A DNA stretch of 64,000 bases from Octopus vulgaris. Its lineage: Eukaryota. The DNA lies in assembly GCA_951406725.2 (NCBI GenBank), contig OX597814.1:77810001-77874000 (forward strand). Direction: 5' to 3'. Below, in pieces: positions 38,560 to 51,560 of this stretch (its first letter is position 1; every line of letters starts with the position of its first letter). A program made the translations under genes and the position numbers. Under the pieces are notes generated by a model, which saw only the letters and a list, made by a program, of their open reading frames with translations, did no database searches and was not told the DNA's origin.

Positions 38560-41060
38560 GATTTTCAATGAAGGTTGAAGACTATTTTTTAAATCACGCT
38601 TAGTGCTCCTACTACTGTTGACAGAGTAACTGTTTTCACTTTCCACACTCTACTGATTTCTATCTCTAGGTTCTTGTATTTAGCTAACTTTACGAATTCT
38701 TTGATATTTTGATTAGATGGTACTGTCATATCTGTTAGCATGAATTCTGTCGATGATCTTTGGTAATAATATCAGGTGTATTGGCATTTATCTGTCAGTA
38801 TGGATGGTAAAATCCCACAGAATATAGTTAACTCTATTACTGTCTGTGACTGGTTTCAGGCGGTGTTCATACCAGTTTTTAGGAAAGGGTACGTCAAATG
38901 ACGACACATGTTCCAGTGTAGGTGCAACCTTATTCGCTCATGACTGGGTTTGTACCTAGTTATTGAGAATTTAGAGCAGCTGGCTATAATGTGGCTGATA
39001 GTTTCAATACTATTATCACATAGTCTACAGTCTGAGTCAGCACCATTGTAGAAAATGTTTGCTTAGTAGCTTGTTGTGCATAGAGATTGATTCTGAGATG
39101 CCATTATAAAACCTTCAGTTTCTGCCTTTAGACCTGAACTGCGCAACCACTGATATGTTTTTTCTTTATCTATATCTGCTTCCTTTGTTCGTTTGGGATA
39201 CTGACCATGGAGTGGTTTCTTTTGCCTTTTTTTTATAAGCTTTTACAGGCCTTCTTTTTTAGCTTTTGTTTGTCTTGTTTTACTGTTTCTATTTGTAATG
39301 CAGCTTTGACCTTGTCATTTTTACTCAAGTTTAGTTCTCCTTTATACTTCTGTGTCTCTAATGACAAAATGTAGCTTTTTGTTATATTCCTGTTGATTTA
39401 CTAGCTGTATCATCCAGTTGTAGTTATTTTGGATGTATGAATTAAGTCCTATTGTGGTGATCCTGTAAGATGAGGCCTCTATCACCCTCGTTTCGGAGAG
39501 CACACATTCTATGAATATCAGCATTTGGATGACACATCTTGTTTATTGTCATTAGTTTTCTCGTTTTGGTGTCCATTTGTTGGATTTCATTTGCATTCCA
39601 TTTAATTATATTAAAACTGTACTGTACCACTGGGATAACAAGTGAATTAATGGCTTGAATCCTATTCTGGGAATTTAGTTTTGTTTTCATAATCAGTTTT
39701 ACTCTTTTATAATATTCTTTCCTGATTTTTTCCTTCATGGTGCTATGTTGTATCACTTTCTTTTCATTTATTCCCAGATATTTGTGTGCTCCATCTTGGT
39801 CTAATTCTTTGATTATGGTGTTGTCATTTAGCATAATGGACGGTGTAGAAATGTGTTTTCCCCACTTAAATGTTACTTTGGCACACTTATCCAAACCAAA
39901 TTTTTTACTGTTGTTAGTAATTTTTACAGTTGTTAGTAATCTATCTAGAACGTTATTATTTTTTGCATATAACTTGAGGTCATCCATATTAAACAGATGT
40001 GAGATGGCTCTATCAAATATTTTGTATCCATATTGTGTATAGTTCAGTTCACGTGATAGAGGTAGGAATGCTAAGCAAAAAAATAATGGGGACAATGAGT
40101 CTCCTTGGAATATATCTCGGTTAATCAGATGTACTTCTGCCTTTATTATGATTGAGGTATCACATGAATATACTTTGGTGGAGAAAACCTTTAATAATTG
40201 ATGATGTTTTGTACAAGTCTAGAGATTTTGCAATCCATGGGTGAGATACATTATCGAATGCCTGCGGTAATCTATCCAAGCTGTACTAAGATTATGGCTT
40301 TTAGAGGAGCAGTTTTCAAGTATTGTTCGAGTAACCAAAAGTTGATTTTGTTTTCATAGCAATTCCTACGGTAGCCCTTTTGTTCCAAAGGCTGAATGTT
40401 GTGTTGCTCAAGAAATTGGTGTGTGTACTCCGTTAGAATTGGTGTTAATATTTTGTAAGTGGTAGAAGGCGGTGAGCTGGCAGAATCATTAGCTGGGCAA
40501 GATGCTTTTGTCTATCTTTACGTTCTGAGTTCAAATTCCGCCGAGGTCAACTTTACCTTTCATCCTTTCGGGATCGATAAAATAAGTACCAGTTGAGTAC
40601 TTGGATCGATGTAATCAACTTATCTCCATCGCCCAAAGTTGCTGGCCTTGTGCCAAATTTTGAAACTAATATTTTGTAAGTGGTAGTAAGGCACGTAATT
40701 GGCCAATAATTCTTCAGGTTTTTAGTTTCATTCTTTCTAGGCAGCATATAAATTACTATTTAGGTTAACCAAGATAGCATTTTTTCTGGGTTTGTCATTA
40801 TGTCTGATAAACACCTTGATAATTACTTGTGTGATGTTGTCAGAGCATTAAGCCAAATGTTTTGTATAAAATATGCCCAGGGGATTTCTATTTATGAGCC
40901 TTTGATAAGGCTCTTTTCAGTTCTCCGACAGTGATATATTCCAAATTCTGATCTTGTACATTTTTTGTTCCTCTTCAGAATTTTCATTAAATCCCTCGTT
41001 GATACTCCATATATTGCTACTCCATATACTTTTCCAGAACATTTCTACTTCATGCATTTC
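38560..41060 (-). mobile_element. Decayed R4/Dong-like RLE LINE
   Basis: WPITCLTTTYKIL, GDSLSPLFF, HLFNMDDLKLYA, FGLDKCA, ETEGFIMA, CRLC..HII..C and ILWDF..PDII motifs. Many stops. Boundaries are approximate. Confidence 0.8.
40466..40666 (+). mobile_element. tRNA-derived SINE with 20-bp TSD, inserted in the R4-like LINE
   Basis: TAATATTTTGTAAGTGGTAG at both 40446-40465 and 40667-40686. A-box-like TGGCAGAATC and B-box GAGTTCAAATTCC. Family copies lie at ~20640-20855(-), 37915-38110(+) and 58870-59095(-). Confidence 0.9.
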
Positions 41061-42278
41061 AGGCAGGTACTTAATTTCTATACAGATATGTATGTAAATA
41101 ATTGTGTATATTATTATACATGATGATAAAATAAATTGCAATTTGTAATATGTCTGGCTGTTCATTTAAAGAAAGAAATATGCTAAGAAAGGATTGTGCA
41201 ATGGTTCAAGGTTTTTGGTAGGCCTCTAAGAAAAGTGGTAGTGGAAGTCAATGGGATTGAATACTTCAAATAAAAAATAAAAATAAAGGAAGATCAAAAA
41301 TCTTTCCCGAGCCAAAAGTTTGTAAGGTTAGCTACCTGAATTCTGTGACAAATATTCCTCACTGGACAGGATTCCAGTCTGTTGCAGGATTATACCTTTT
41401 GCCAGCTAAGTGAACTGGAGCAACATGAAGGGTTTTGCTCAAGAACACGATGGATCTCCTAGTCCAGGAATCGGAACCACAATCTTATGACTATTACAAC
41501 ACCGTAACTTAGTGGTTCAGCAAAAAGAGACCGGTAGAATAAGTACCAGGTTTGAAAAAGTATTGGGGTCTATTTGTTCGATTAAAAGTCTTGAAGGCAG
41601 TGCCTCAGCATGGCCGCTGTCCAGTCACTGAAATAAAAGATAGCCCAAGATGCCTAGCTTTGCTTAACCAGCTGTTGATCAAAGACATTTCAGCTGTAAC
41701 CATCCCGGTTTTATTTTTCTGTGTAGGACAATATTGCGCAAATTGCTTTTAATTTTCTCTTTTTAGAGCTGTGATTTTAGCGATATTTAACTGCAATTTC
41801 TAGTAGGTAGCATGTTCATACAGTAAAGCAGATTGGGAAACCTTTTTGACAATATGAGTGAATTGCCTGTGCATAAGAAATCTTCGTGGGCGTTCTGATA
41901 AAAAATAGCAAATCTTTAATTTGATAAACTAATTAGACATGCTCGCTATCATAGAAATCAGCATTGATTAGTGTTTTTAAGTCTTCTTCAACCAGATAAT
42001 TATAAACGCTTTCCATGCCATAATAAGCCGGAAGATGCCAGAACACCGATGGTCGGCGCTGTCGGGAATTCAAAACACCAAGTAAAAGTGAAAATAGGAA
42101 GCTCCAGAGTAAATATTAATTTGATCATGCGTAATAACTGGATAAAACGAAACGTGAATATCCTTTTCACTGAAAAAGTCTTCTCTAGTTAGCAGCCAAA
42201 ACTTCAAGTTTGCGTGTGCGCGGGTATGTGTGCGCGTACGTATTTGTTTATGTATGTAAACTTGTGTGTGCATGCATA

Positions 42279-42313
<35 letters not shown>

Positions 42314-42447
42314 GGTTAATCGCATTCTTTTAGCCATTGCTTTTATAAGAGAATAAGTTTCATCAAATTAAAACTACTGATATTAAATACATGTATAGAA
42401 TGAAGGCCTCAACTGTTTGGCATAACTGAGACATAATTCTGCATCAT

Positions 42448-42513
<66 letters not shown>

Positions 42514-43066
42514 TCCATTATGAAACTGATCATTTTTATTTTGTATTAAATTGATATAAATACATGCATTTTCAATTGTTACATTTTTAAAGAACCTTAT
42601 TAGCCAATCGTAAATTTATTCCCCACCATTGCCTTTAGACTATTTAAATGGTTTATGATATCTACCAAAGAACCCAAATCATATCACTATTTCGGGTCAT
42701 CTAATTTCTAACTTTTTTGTTAGCAAATTTCTGTTGAAATACTCTACCTTTGTTTCAATTGATTTTTAAACTAATGAAAGATTTAGTAAAATAACTGTCA
42801 GTATTACTATGCTCATTTTGAAATCTACATTAGGGATTCGAGCTCCAATCACAAAGTGTTCAGTTAGGAACTACGAGTGAGCCACCACAGTTTCAAGTGA
42901 TTGATTTATAAATCGACCAATCAGAGTGAAGCTGTGGCGTGATATGACTCCTCGGATGATCTAAAATTTTCTTCTTCCCACTCTATAAAATCCGTTTGGT
43001 GCCTAACTCAGACCAGACGATCTCAGCCGACTGCTAAAGCCAGACGGCCTCGACATCCCGCGATTT

Positions 43067-43508
43067 GGATCTTTTCGGTTTGAACGACAGTTTTTAACAT
43101 AATTTCTAGGTCACTAAAAAATTTTAAACTTAGTATACTGGTAGAATGTGTTTATAAAACATCTTTCTCTCTTGGCTTTATTGAGAAAATTCTGTAGTTT
43201 GTAAGATATTTTTTTTTTTTTTTTCAATTTCTACAATTTCAACTAATCAGTGACGTCTATTGAGTTAAAAAGCATTCTGTGCCGTATGAATATGTCCCTC
43301 GTTTAAGAAACAGATTGGGTTTATTTACATTTGTGAAGAAAAAAATATACCCTTCCCCCACCCCTAACCCTAACCCTAACCCTAACCTTAACTAATCCTA
43401 ACCCCAAAAGAGATTGAAATGCAATAGATCGATTCTAGGGTCATAAGTATAGGTGACAATTTCATATGACACCGCTAGAAAAAACTGCCGTTCAAACTGA
43501 AAAGATCC
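43067..43508. mobile_element. MITE with GG..CC termini, ~29-bp TIR and internal (CCCTAA)n
   Basis: TIR GGATCTTTTCGGTTTGAACGACAGTTTTT / AAAAACTGCCGTTCAAACTGAAAAGATCC. Flanking direct repeat CGCGATTT. Confidence 0.88.
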
Positions 43509-43651
43509 CGCGATTTGGTCTCGACATCCCGTCATTTGTCTCAGACGGCCTCGACATCCCGCATTTGTCTCAGACGATGTCGGGCATTCGTGTAGACGAC
43601 CTCGGACATTCGCATAAATCACCTTGGGCACTCACAGAAAGCATGCCGGCA

Positions 43652-43909
43652 ACCTTTCCGTCGATTTCCGTAAAAAATTTTTTTTTTTTACATATGGGCT
43701 TGCGGGAACTTTTGAAGTAATGAGAGCGAAAGAGACTAAGAGAAAGTATGATGAAGGAAGTTCTTCTGAAGTTACCGTGCATGTATTGATGTACATGTGT
43801 GTGTGTGTGTGTTTGATGGAGTGTGGGAGACAGACAGTATGTTGTGTAAGTGAAGTGCTTCTGTTAGTGTGTCTCTAAAATATTTTTTTACGGAAATCGA
43901 CGGAAAGGT
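43652..43909. mobile_element. MITE-like element with ~26-bp TIR
   Basis: ACCTTTCCGTCGATTTCCGTAAAAAA / TTTTTTACGGAAATCGACGGAAAGGT. No clear TSD. Confidence 0.7.
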
Positions 43910-45498
43910 CTACTAGAGACGAAAGATCGCCAGCATGCCGCTAAGACCAGACCACCTCGGACATTCGGATAGACCACTTCGAGCAAGAAACAATTTCTGA
44001 CATTCACACATAATGTACACCGCTATCCTTCTACAAAACTGCGCGGTTCTCTCCTCCTAGTCAGCAGTTATATTATTAGCATTTTCTTTTGTTATCAGCT
44101 AACGCAGTAAATCATATCCAGCAGTAAATATTGTTAAAAGTTCGTGAGTTTACTTCATTTATTATACACGCAGCCAGCTAGACCACACGACGATATCTTC
44201 AACAATACAATACACAACACCCACAAGACGCTACATGCCCTACCAGCATTTAGAAGTTTATATTCAATTGTCCTCCCGTTCAATAAATCCTATTATAAAA
44301 ATATACAATTAAGTCCACGTCTGATCATTATGGTATAACACGCAGCCAAACTCACACCAACAAATAACAACATACCCAAATAACGACAGTGGTGACCCCA
44401 ACGCAACCAAGTTATCTTACCACGACAGTGTGACAAGAACATAACATATATTAATATGAAAGTTCGATGGAAAGTTTTGAGATCACTTTGAGAAAGTAAA
44501 TTTGTATGATAGTACCAAGAGCAAACATCATCAAATTGCTACAATAAGTCACCATGTTGCTCCTCAATTTTCTTCAAAATTGTTTTAAATTCTCTTTTAC
44601 CAATCCTTTGTTTTTATGAAGTCAATACATTTTGTTACTGTTTTCATCACAGTATTCATTCCTCCACAACAGGCTCATAACTTTTGCTGGCGAATAAAAT
44701 AATGATGCACTATGAAGATATTAGAAAACATGCATTTTAGTGTTGTAAAAAAGTGAAAGTAAATTGTGCCCAAATCGACAATTGTGAAATCACGAAATTT
44801 CAACGCAAGTACTCGGTTATATAGTATCTTCTAGTAATAGCACGAGCATTTCTGAAATAGCAGCTGAAGTACAACGCTGCAACGTAGTAAACCAAACGAG
44901 TGATAGCTACAGGGACGAGTTTGATATCCGATGGATGGGCTTCCTATGTTAGTTTCGGTCACATGTATAGTTGTGAACCCGTAAACCATCTATAAATTTT
45001 GCTGATCCAACGATAAGAGCATTCATATGGAGACTTTCGAAGGGCAGAAGATGCTCGTCAAGAATGAACTCGGGTGACAATGCGGAACGAGCGATATTTT
45101 ATTTACATCATATCTATATGAATATCTGTTGTGAAATAGATTTATAGATTGCATAAAATCGCTGTATGAATGTTGTATGCATCATTTTCATATTAGATAT
45201 TCTATAACAGTTCACTTTTACCTTTTCAGGGCACTAAACTGCATGTTGTCGGTTCTCCAGTTCTTTTTTGATCAAAGCAACAAGTCCTTTTTTTTTCATT
45301 CTACGATGGATGTTGAGCAAAGTGAAATCCTTACTGCTGACTGAACTCACTCTAAAAAAGACTTATTGTTCACTCTAATGCTGAGTAGAAAGCAGTCCGT
45401 CAAAATATTCAGCAGGGAACCGTCAATATTAGAAAGGAGAGAAAAGAAAACAAGATATAGATTATATGTAGTAGATGTGTGTGTGTTAGTGTGTGTGT

Positions 45499-45542
<44 letters not shown>

Positions 45543-45633
45543 TGCGTGCATGCGTGCGTTTACGTAACCAAGGCCGGCCTAGGATTGCTAGCGTGACGGC
45601 CAAGATAAACGTTGGCATCCTAATGTATATTAC

Positions 45634-47845
45634 TAGCAGTATAACCCGGCTTTGCTCGGGATTAAGTTGGCATTATTAAGCTAGAAAGCAAACTAAGTAA
45701 CATCGACATCAAATTTGGGCGAAATCCGTTGATATTGGTATATATATATATATATATCACCGTGATCACCGTGACCGACCAGGCTATCAGATGTTGCTAC
45801 ACATCGCTGGTCACAATGCGCTTCGCATTGTTTTATCCTTCAAATGACGCCACCCCGCTGGCTAAGCGAGCAGGCCAACAGAAGAAAGAGTAAAGCAGGG
45901 ATCGCCACCACCCCCTGCCGAAGCCTCGTGGAGCTTTTAGGTATTTTCGCTCAATCAACACTCACAATGCCCGGTCTGGGAATCGAAACCGCGAATCCGC
46001 TGCCCTAACCACTGGGCCATTGCGCCTCCACACACACACACACACACACACAGATATATATGTTATATAATATAAATAATATAAATATATATGGGCAACA
46101 CACACACACATACACACACGTACACCTATTGCATATATGTTTTTTGTACGCATACATGTTCATAAACAGAAATGAATGGAAAAAACGTTGGTAAATTTGT
46201 AGATTAACACTCGCACGATTTTCACTAAGAAAAAACATCGGATTTTTTTGCGTGGAATCAACTACGCTGGTCTCCTAATTGCTACAAAACCCATTTTGTG
46301 GTCCGAAAAACGGGGTGGGGTGTGGTGGAAGCCTCGGAAATTTTACCCATTTATATTGTGTAATTCACTGACAAATTGTTATCTACCTCTTTGTTCCTTT
46401 GTCGTTAAATAAATGGATTCTCAACAAAACACTTTTTTCCTCGGCGTAAAATTAAATAAAAACTCTTTCGCGCCCAAAGTAATATGTGTGTGAGAGGGGG
46501 AAAAACATGAACGATTTAAAATAAATAAATGATTTAAAATATATTTTAATTGTTGTGTGAGAAAGTATATATAATCTGATTATGAAATATAGTATCTTTC
46601 AAAAACATCCTAAATTTGAAGACTATATCACGTGTTTAAGAAAAAAACAAACCATTTTACATTTCTATTTTTGACTAATAGTATAGCTCGGCTTTGCTCG
46701 GGATTAAGTTAGGATTATTAAGCTAATCAAGCTCTTTATTTCAAAGCAAACTAAGTAACATCGATGTCAAATTTGAGTGAAATCCGTTAAAATTAGTAAA
46801 CTTTTGGCTGAAATTTTGCAGACAATTTGATTGGGAAATCCCATAAGGAATCGGTTTATCGATTTTTTCCACTCATCGACTGTTTTTTTTTTCGTTTTTG
46901 GAGAACTCAAAGCATTCAAAGATCTCATGAGTCCTAAGTAATGATGGCATCAAGTTTGAACAAAATACATCAAAATTGGTAGACGTTATGGTTGAAAATG
47001 GGGTGTAGCCAATTTTAGTGGGAAGTCCTATAAAGAATCAGTTTATCGACTTTTTTTTAATCCTGATTAAATGGAAAACCCTATAAGTAATCAGTTTATT
47101 GATTTTTCACTCCAAATAGGACTTAAACTACTTGGTTAAGTCCTATTTGGACATTGCTGATTCAAAAACATCAATATTTATACTTTAAAGTTGGTTTCCA
47201 TACACAACCCAGTTCTGCGGAATCAGTGTCGCGACGGGAGCGCATGGGTTTGGGAGTTTGATTGGCAGAGGTGATCAGGTTGCATATGCTAATCCTTTTG
47301 AAAACACCACCCCCATCATATAACCTCACTTTGCCCATGGGTTGAGAACCCTTCCAGCAAGGAAAATAGAACGCCCAAAAGGGCTCCCGATCCTCTGTTT
47401 GATAAGTGGTTATGTTCAGATCACAACTAAATATATATATGGGCAACACTCACACAAACATATACGTACATACACCTATTGCATACATGTTTTTGCACGT
47501 CTTTTCCCCTGCTCTTGTCCCACCACCACCTCCTACCCCAGTAATACCATCAATTGAAGCAAATTTGGCACCCGGACGTAAGTTTTGTAACAAGAATAGA
47601 GAAGCCTACCTTCTCCCACAGAGATGTGAGAGTCAGATCTCTGCTTTCGAAACATTGCTTACAAAATAATAGCTAATCGTTTGCGAAGGAGCGTGTCTAC
47701 AGTCAACACGTAGGTCTTTTGCTCTAGTAACCTCTGCTCTCTCCCATGTTCACGTACGACCAGCTATATATTGCTATGAGTAGAGCAAAACTGATTCAGT
47801 TAATTTGGAAATTAGCTGTGGAGAAACGGAGAATATCGTTTATAT

Positions 47846-47900
<55 letters not shown>

Positions 47901-48314
47901 GGGCAACACACACACATTGCATGCATGTGTTTTGTACACATACATGCTTGTGTGTGTGTGACTGAAGCCATTCACACATACATACATACATAACAACCCC
48001 TGTCTGTCAATCACTCACTAAAAGACGAAATTTTAAAAATCTGTTATCTCTCTCTCTCTCTCTCTCTCCCCCTCTCTCTCCCTTTCTTTACACCGTCGCT
48101 AGAAGGGGTCTTAACTCATGTTTGTAAACAATGGTGTATTTCTCCGCCATGAAAATTGTTAGAAGTTATGGCTCAAAATTATTTACCGCTATTCGCGGGT
48201 GCCTCGGGGGAAAATAATTTGACGAAAACACAGCTAGGATCGTGACGAATGTCCTCCTAAAATTTGAGCAACATGCGTGCTAATATGTGGATGTGCATAA
48301 ACTACATTCACGTA

Positions 48315-48348
<34 letters not shown>

Positions 48349-48934
48349 TCCTGCCTTATATATATATATACAGATGAACGCTGTCATTCACTCTCACTCT
48401 CTCTCTCACTTTGTCTTTATTTTTTTTTGTTAGACGCAGTCAAACTCTCTCCCTCTCTCCCTTACACATACTTTTTCTCTACTTTTTAGTTAGACGCTGT
48501 CAGACACACACTCTATCCTTGACACACACACATACATACATCAACACACAACTTTTCTCTCTCCCTCACACACACATACATACATCAGCACACAACTTCT
48601 ATCTGTCCATCACACACACATACATACACCAACACACAACTTCCCTCTCTCCCTCACACACACGCACGCACACTTTCACTTAGCTATGGCAAGAAGGGAC
48701 TTAACTTTTGTTAGCAAACTTCAAAATTGGTAAAAGTTATGGTTGGAAATAGATTTTTACCGCTATCCGCGGGTGCCTCTGAAAAAGAAGAAGTGGACAA
48801 AACCCAAGTAGGATGGTGACGAATGTCCTCCTAAAATTGGAGCGACATGTGTGCTAATTTGTAGACGTGCATAAACTGCATTCACGTACACACACACACA
48901 CATACACACACACACCCTGCCTTTATATATACAG
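45634..48934 (-). mobile_element. Compound/tandem non-autonomous Helitron region
   Basis: Two 3' ends (CTAG/CTAA..CGGCTTTGCTCGGG at ~45634 and ~46674) and two 5' ends (CCTGCCTT..TATACAGAT at ~48375 and ~48934). 48100-48375 is duplicated at 48680-48934. A SINE is inserted at ~45760-46030. Confidence 0.7.
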
Positions 48935-48999
48935 ATTTTAAAGACTTTTCAAAAAGTAGAGAAACAAGAGGTAGCGAAGATGGGAGATGTATGCAGTGA

Positions 49000-49400
49000 T
49001 ATACATATGGTAGATCCTGGAGGGGTTGGCACTAAACTATGTCATCAAGAGCTATACAAACCCTCGAACTTGTGTTCGCTGCACTGTTCCAAAGGTCCAA
49101 GCTATCCCGTCTAGAGTGAGAATCATGCACTGCAGCAGCTTGAGATTCAAGGGCACACAGCTATTTAATGCCTTGTCAAAATATCTGAGAGATCTTCATG
49201 GAGTAGGAGTAAATGTTTTCAAGAAAGAACTTGATCTCCTGCTGTCAAAGGTTCCTGGCGAACCTATATATCACGACAAGTAACTGAAAAGAGGGCAGTT
49301 GTGTTGAACTCATTCACCAAAAACCAATCGCATAGGAATGGCTACTGAAAATGTAATGACACTGATGGTGTTCCGGCATGGTTACAGCCTTTGGGCTGAA
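49000..49400 (+). mobile_element. 3' fragment of a CR1/L2-group LINE
   Basis: SSLRFKGTQLFNAL..LRDL..FKKELDLLL..VP is a typical ORF2 C-terminus. Confidence 0.65.
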
Positions 49401-49682
49401 ATCTATGAATATATAAAACTATATATATGTATATATGTAAAGCTGAGAATGTGCGTTTCTGAATTAGCCCAAAGGCTGATGATATACTCAGTTGGGTTTA
49501 ATTAATTGGATACGTAACCTGAATATCCTTTTGTCAGTATTTCTGTACCAATGCTGGTATTCTGTACAAGTATCGGTATAATTGCTGTGTATGCATTTTA
49601 ATTCGGACCTAACCCAATGCCTTACCTTTAAGTGCCTTATTCACCCAAATCATAATATAATATGATACAATACAATATTATA

Positions 49683-49721
<39 letters not shown>

Positions 49722-49723
<2 letters not shown>

Positions 49724-49955
49724 TCTTTTACTTGTTTCAGCCATTTGACTGCGGCCATGCTGGAGCACCGCCTTTAGTCGAGCAAATTGACCCCAGGACT
49801 TATTCTTTGTAAGCCTAGTACTTATTCTATCGGTCTCTTTTGTCGAACCGCCAAGTTACGGGGACGTAAACACACCAGCATCGGTTGTCAGTCGATGTTG
49901 AGGGACAAACACGACATAAACATACACACATATACATACATACATACATTATATG

Positions 49956-49996
<41 letters not shown>

Positions 49997-50237
49997 TTTG
50001 ATACTTTGATACTTTGATAGGTTTCGGCCATTATTGGCCCAGGCCATGTCTAACTTAATAGCACCACCTGATACGACGGGCTTCTTTCAGTTTCCGTCTA
50101 CCAAATCCACTCACAAGGCTTTGGTCGGCCTGAGGCTATAGTAGAAGACACTTGCCCAAGGTGCCTCGTAGTTGGACTGAACCCCGGAACCAGGTGGTTG
50201 GTAAGCAAGCTACTTACCACACAGCCACTCCTGCGCC
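49722..50237 (-). mobile_element. tRNA-derived SINE with central microsatellite
   Basis: Head GGCGCAGGAGTGGCTGT..GGTTCAGTCC..GGGCAAGTGTCTTCTACTATAG and tail CAGCATGGCCGCAGTCAAATG. Same family as 62991-63327 and many decayed copies. Confidence 0.85.
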
Positions 50238-50639
50238 TATATAAAGATAATATACAAATAATGGTCATTGAATATTTTTCTTTACTAATCTACACAATAT
50301 TGTTAGCCTGGTGTAATATCAAAGAAAGCATTAGTCGACTACTGAGTGTTATAAGTTACATAAATGACAAAAGAAAAGAAACCGAATTAAGAATATAAGA
50401 TACAAATAGATAAACATGAACACAAAACCAAGATCCAGAATCTGAACAATGCGAGGAGCAGCCGTTTATATTCCGTTGTGTTCACGATTAAAATCGTAGA
50501 TGCAACAAATTTTCTTGTTGGAAATTAAAGATTATGTGCAAATAAACAGTTACTGAAAAAACAAACAAAAAAAACACCCATATATTATCATAACTATTTT
50601 TCATGGTACTTTATATATCGGTTTTTATTACAAGTTTTC

Positions 50640-51560
50640 TTCTGACATAATTGCCGAAGTATTTTCATCTGTCTTGTGTCATGGGCAACCATAAATATCG
50701 TCTATAAACTTTAGTTTACGAAAGCTTCTCACTCCTGTGGTCACGATTACAGGTATTCGTAATGCAATCCATAGATTTGGTATGATTGCGTGAAGTATTT
50801 CACTGAATAAATGATTGAAAATAAATCTTTCTGATGTGATTTGTATTTGTGAATTTGTCAATGCACTCGTATCCCTTCTCAGATTATTCTCTTACTTTAA
50901 GAATATGCTCTACATCGAATTCTTTTGCTAATGCTAATGATCTTTTATATCCATTTGCACGACAAACACTTAAGTAATTAGTGATACTATTCATTAATCA
51001 AACTCCCCTTGACAATTCCACTGAGATATTCTGTATAGGTTGGCAGACAACATTTACCTGAAGACATCATACCAAAACTTTCATCATCGCTAAAAGACTC
51101 TGATCTTCCATTTGTAACACAAGAGTTTCTGTTTCATGTCGCAGAAACAGAAACAAGCCAAGCATTTCTGAAAGTTCATAAAGAGCTTCTCAGATTCCTA
51201 TAATTTCATATTTAATGGCTTTGACACATTCTAATCTGCATTTCTATCTAGTTTTCTATGGCGGTTTCGCAGTGAGGCATTTAACATGTTTTTCTTTTTA
51301 GTACACGCCATCATCTAAGAGATGCAGGAAACAAAACATGTAAGCACTGGACAGTACCAAAAGATAAAGTGGATTCCTGTCAACTTAATGCACTGTCGCC
51401 ATCCATTATGTTCAAACTATGCTATCTACATGACATATGAAAACGCCTATTGATTTTCTTTCGTGTCTGAATCATTTTATTCTTATCTTTCATGTTTGAA
51501 CCATTATCGAATCACTGACCTTTGCATTCATGTAAGTTATGCTCGCTTCTCTTAGAAAAT
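50640..51560 (-). mobile_element. Highly decayed hAT transposase relic (ZMYM1/Tip100-like)
   Basis: The minus strand shows NLWIALRIPV..GVRSFRKLKFI (dimerisation-domain like) and GQ*FDNGSNMK. Confidence 0.6.

Larger units (their letters stand above)
42830..44403 (+). mobile_element. Probable LTR followed by a tRNA-Trp-type primer-binding site
   Basis: CCAAT (~42917), TATAAAA (~42984), GC-rich short tandem units and AATAAA (~44282). It ends ..ACA, followed by TGGTGACCCCAACG (44390-44403). The 5' TG end is not clear. Confidence 0.5.

Noticed and set aside
43361-43405. Telomere or chromosome-fusion scar
   Set aside because: The tract is short and lies inside a TIR element with a TSD.
42990-43620. 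CRISPR-like repeat array
   Set aside because: The units are irregular tandem repeats without unique spacers, the context is eukaryotic, and there are no cas genes.
49441-49495. SECIS-like TGAA..TGAT hairpin
   Set aside because: The upper helix is only ~6 bp and no selenoprotein ORF is nearby.
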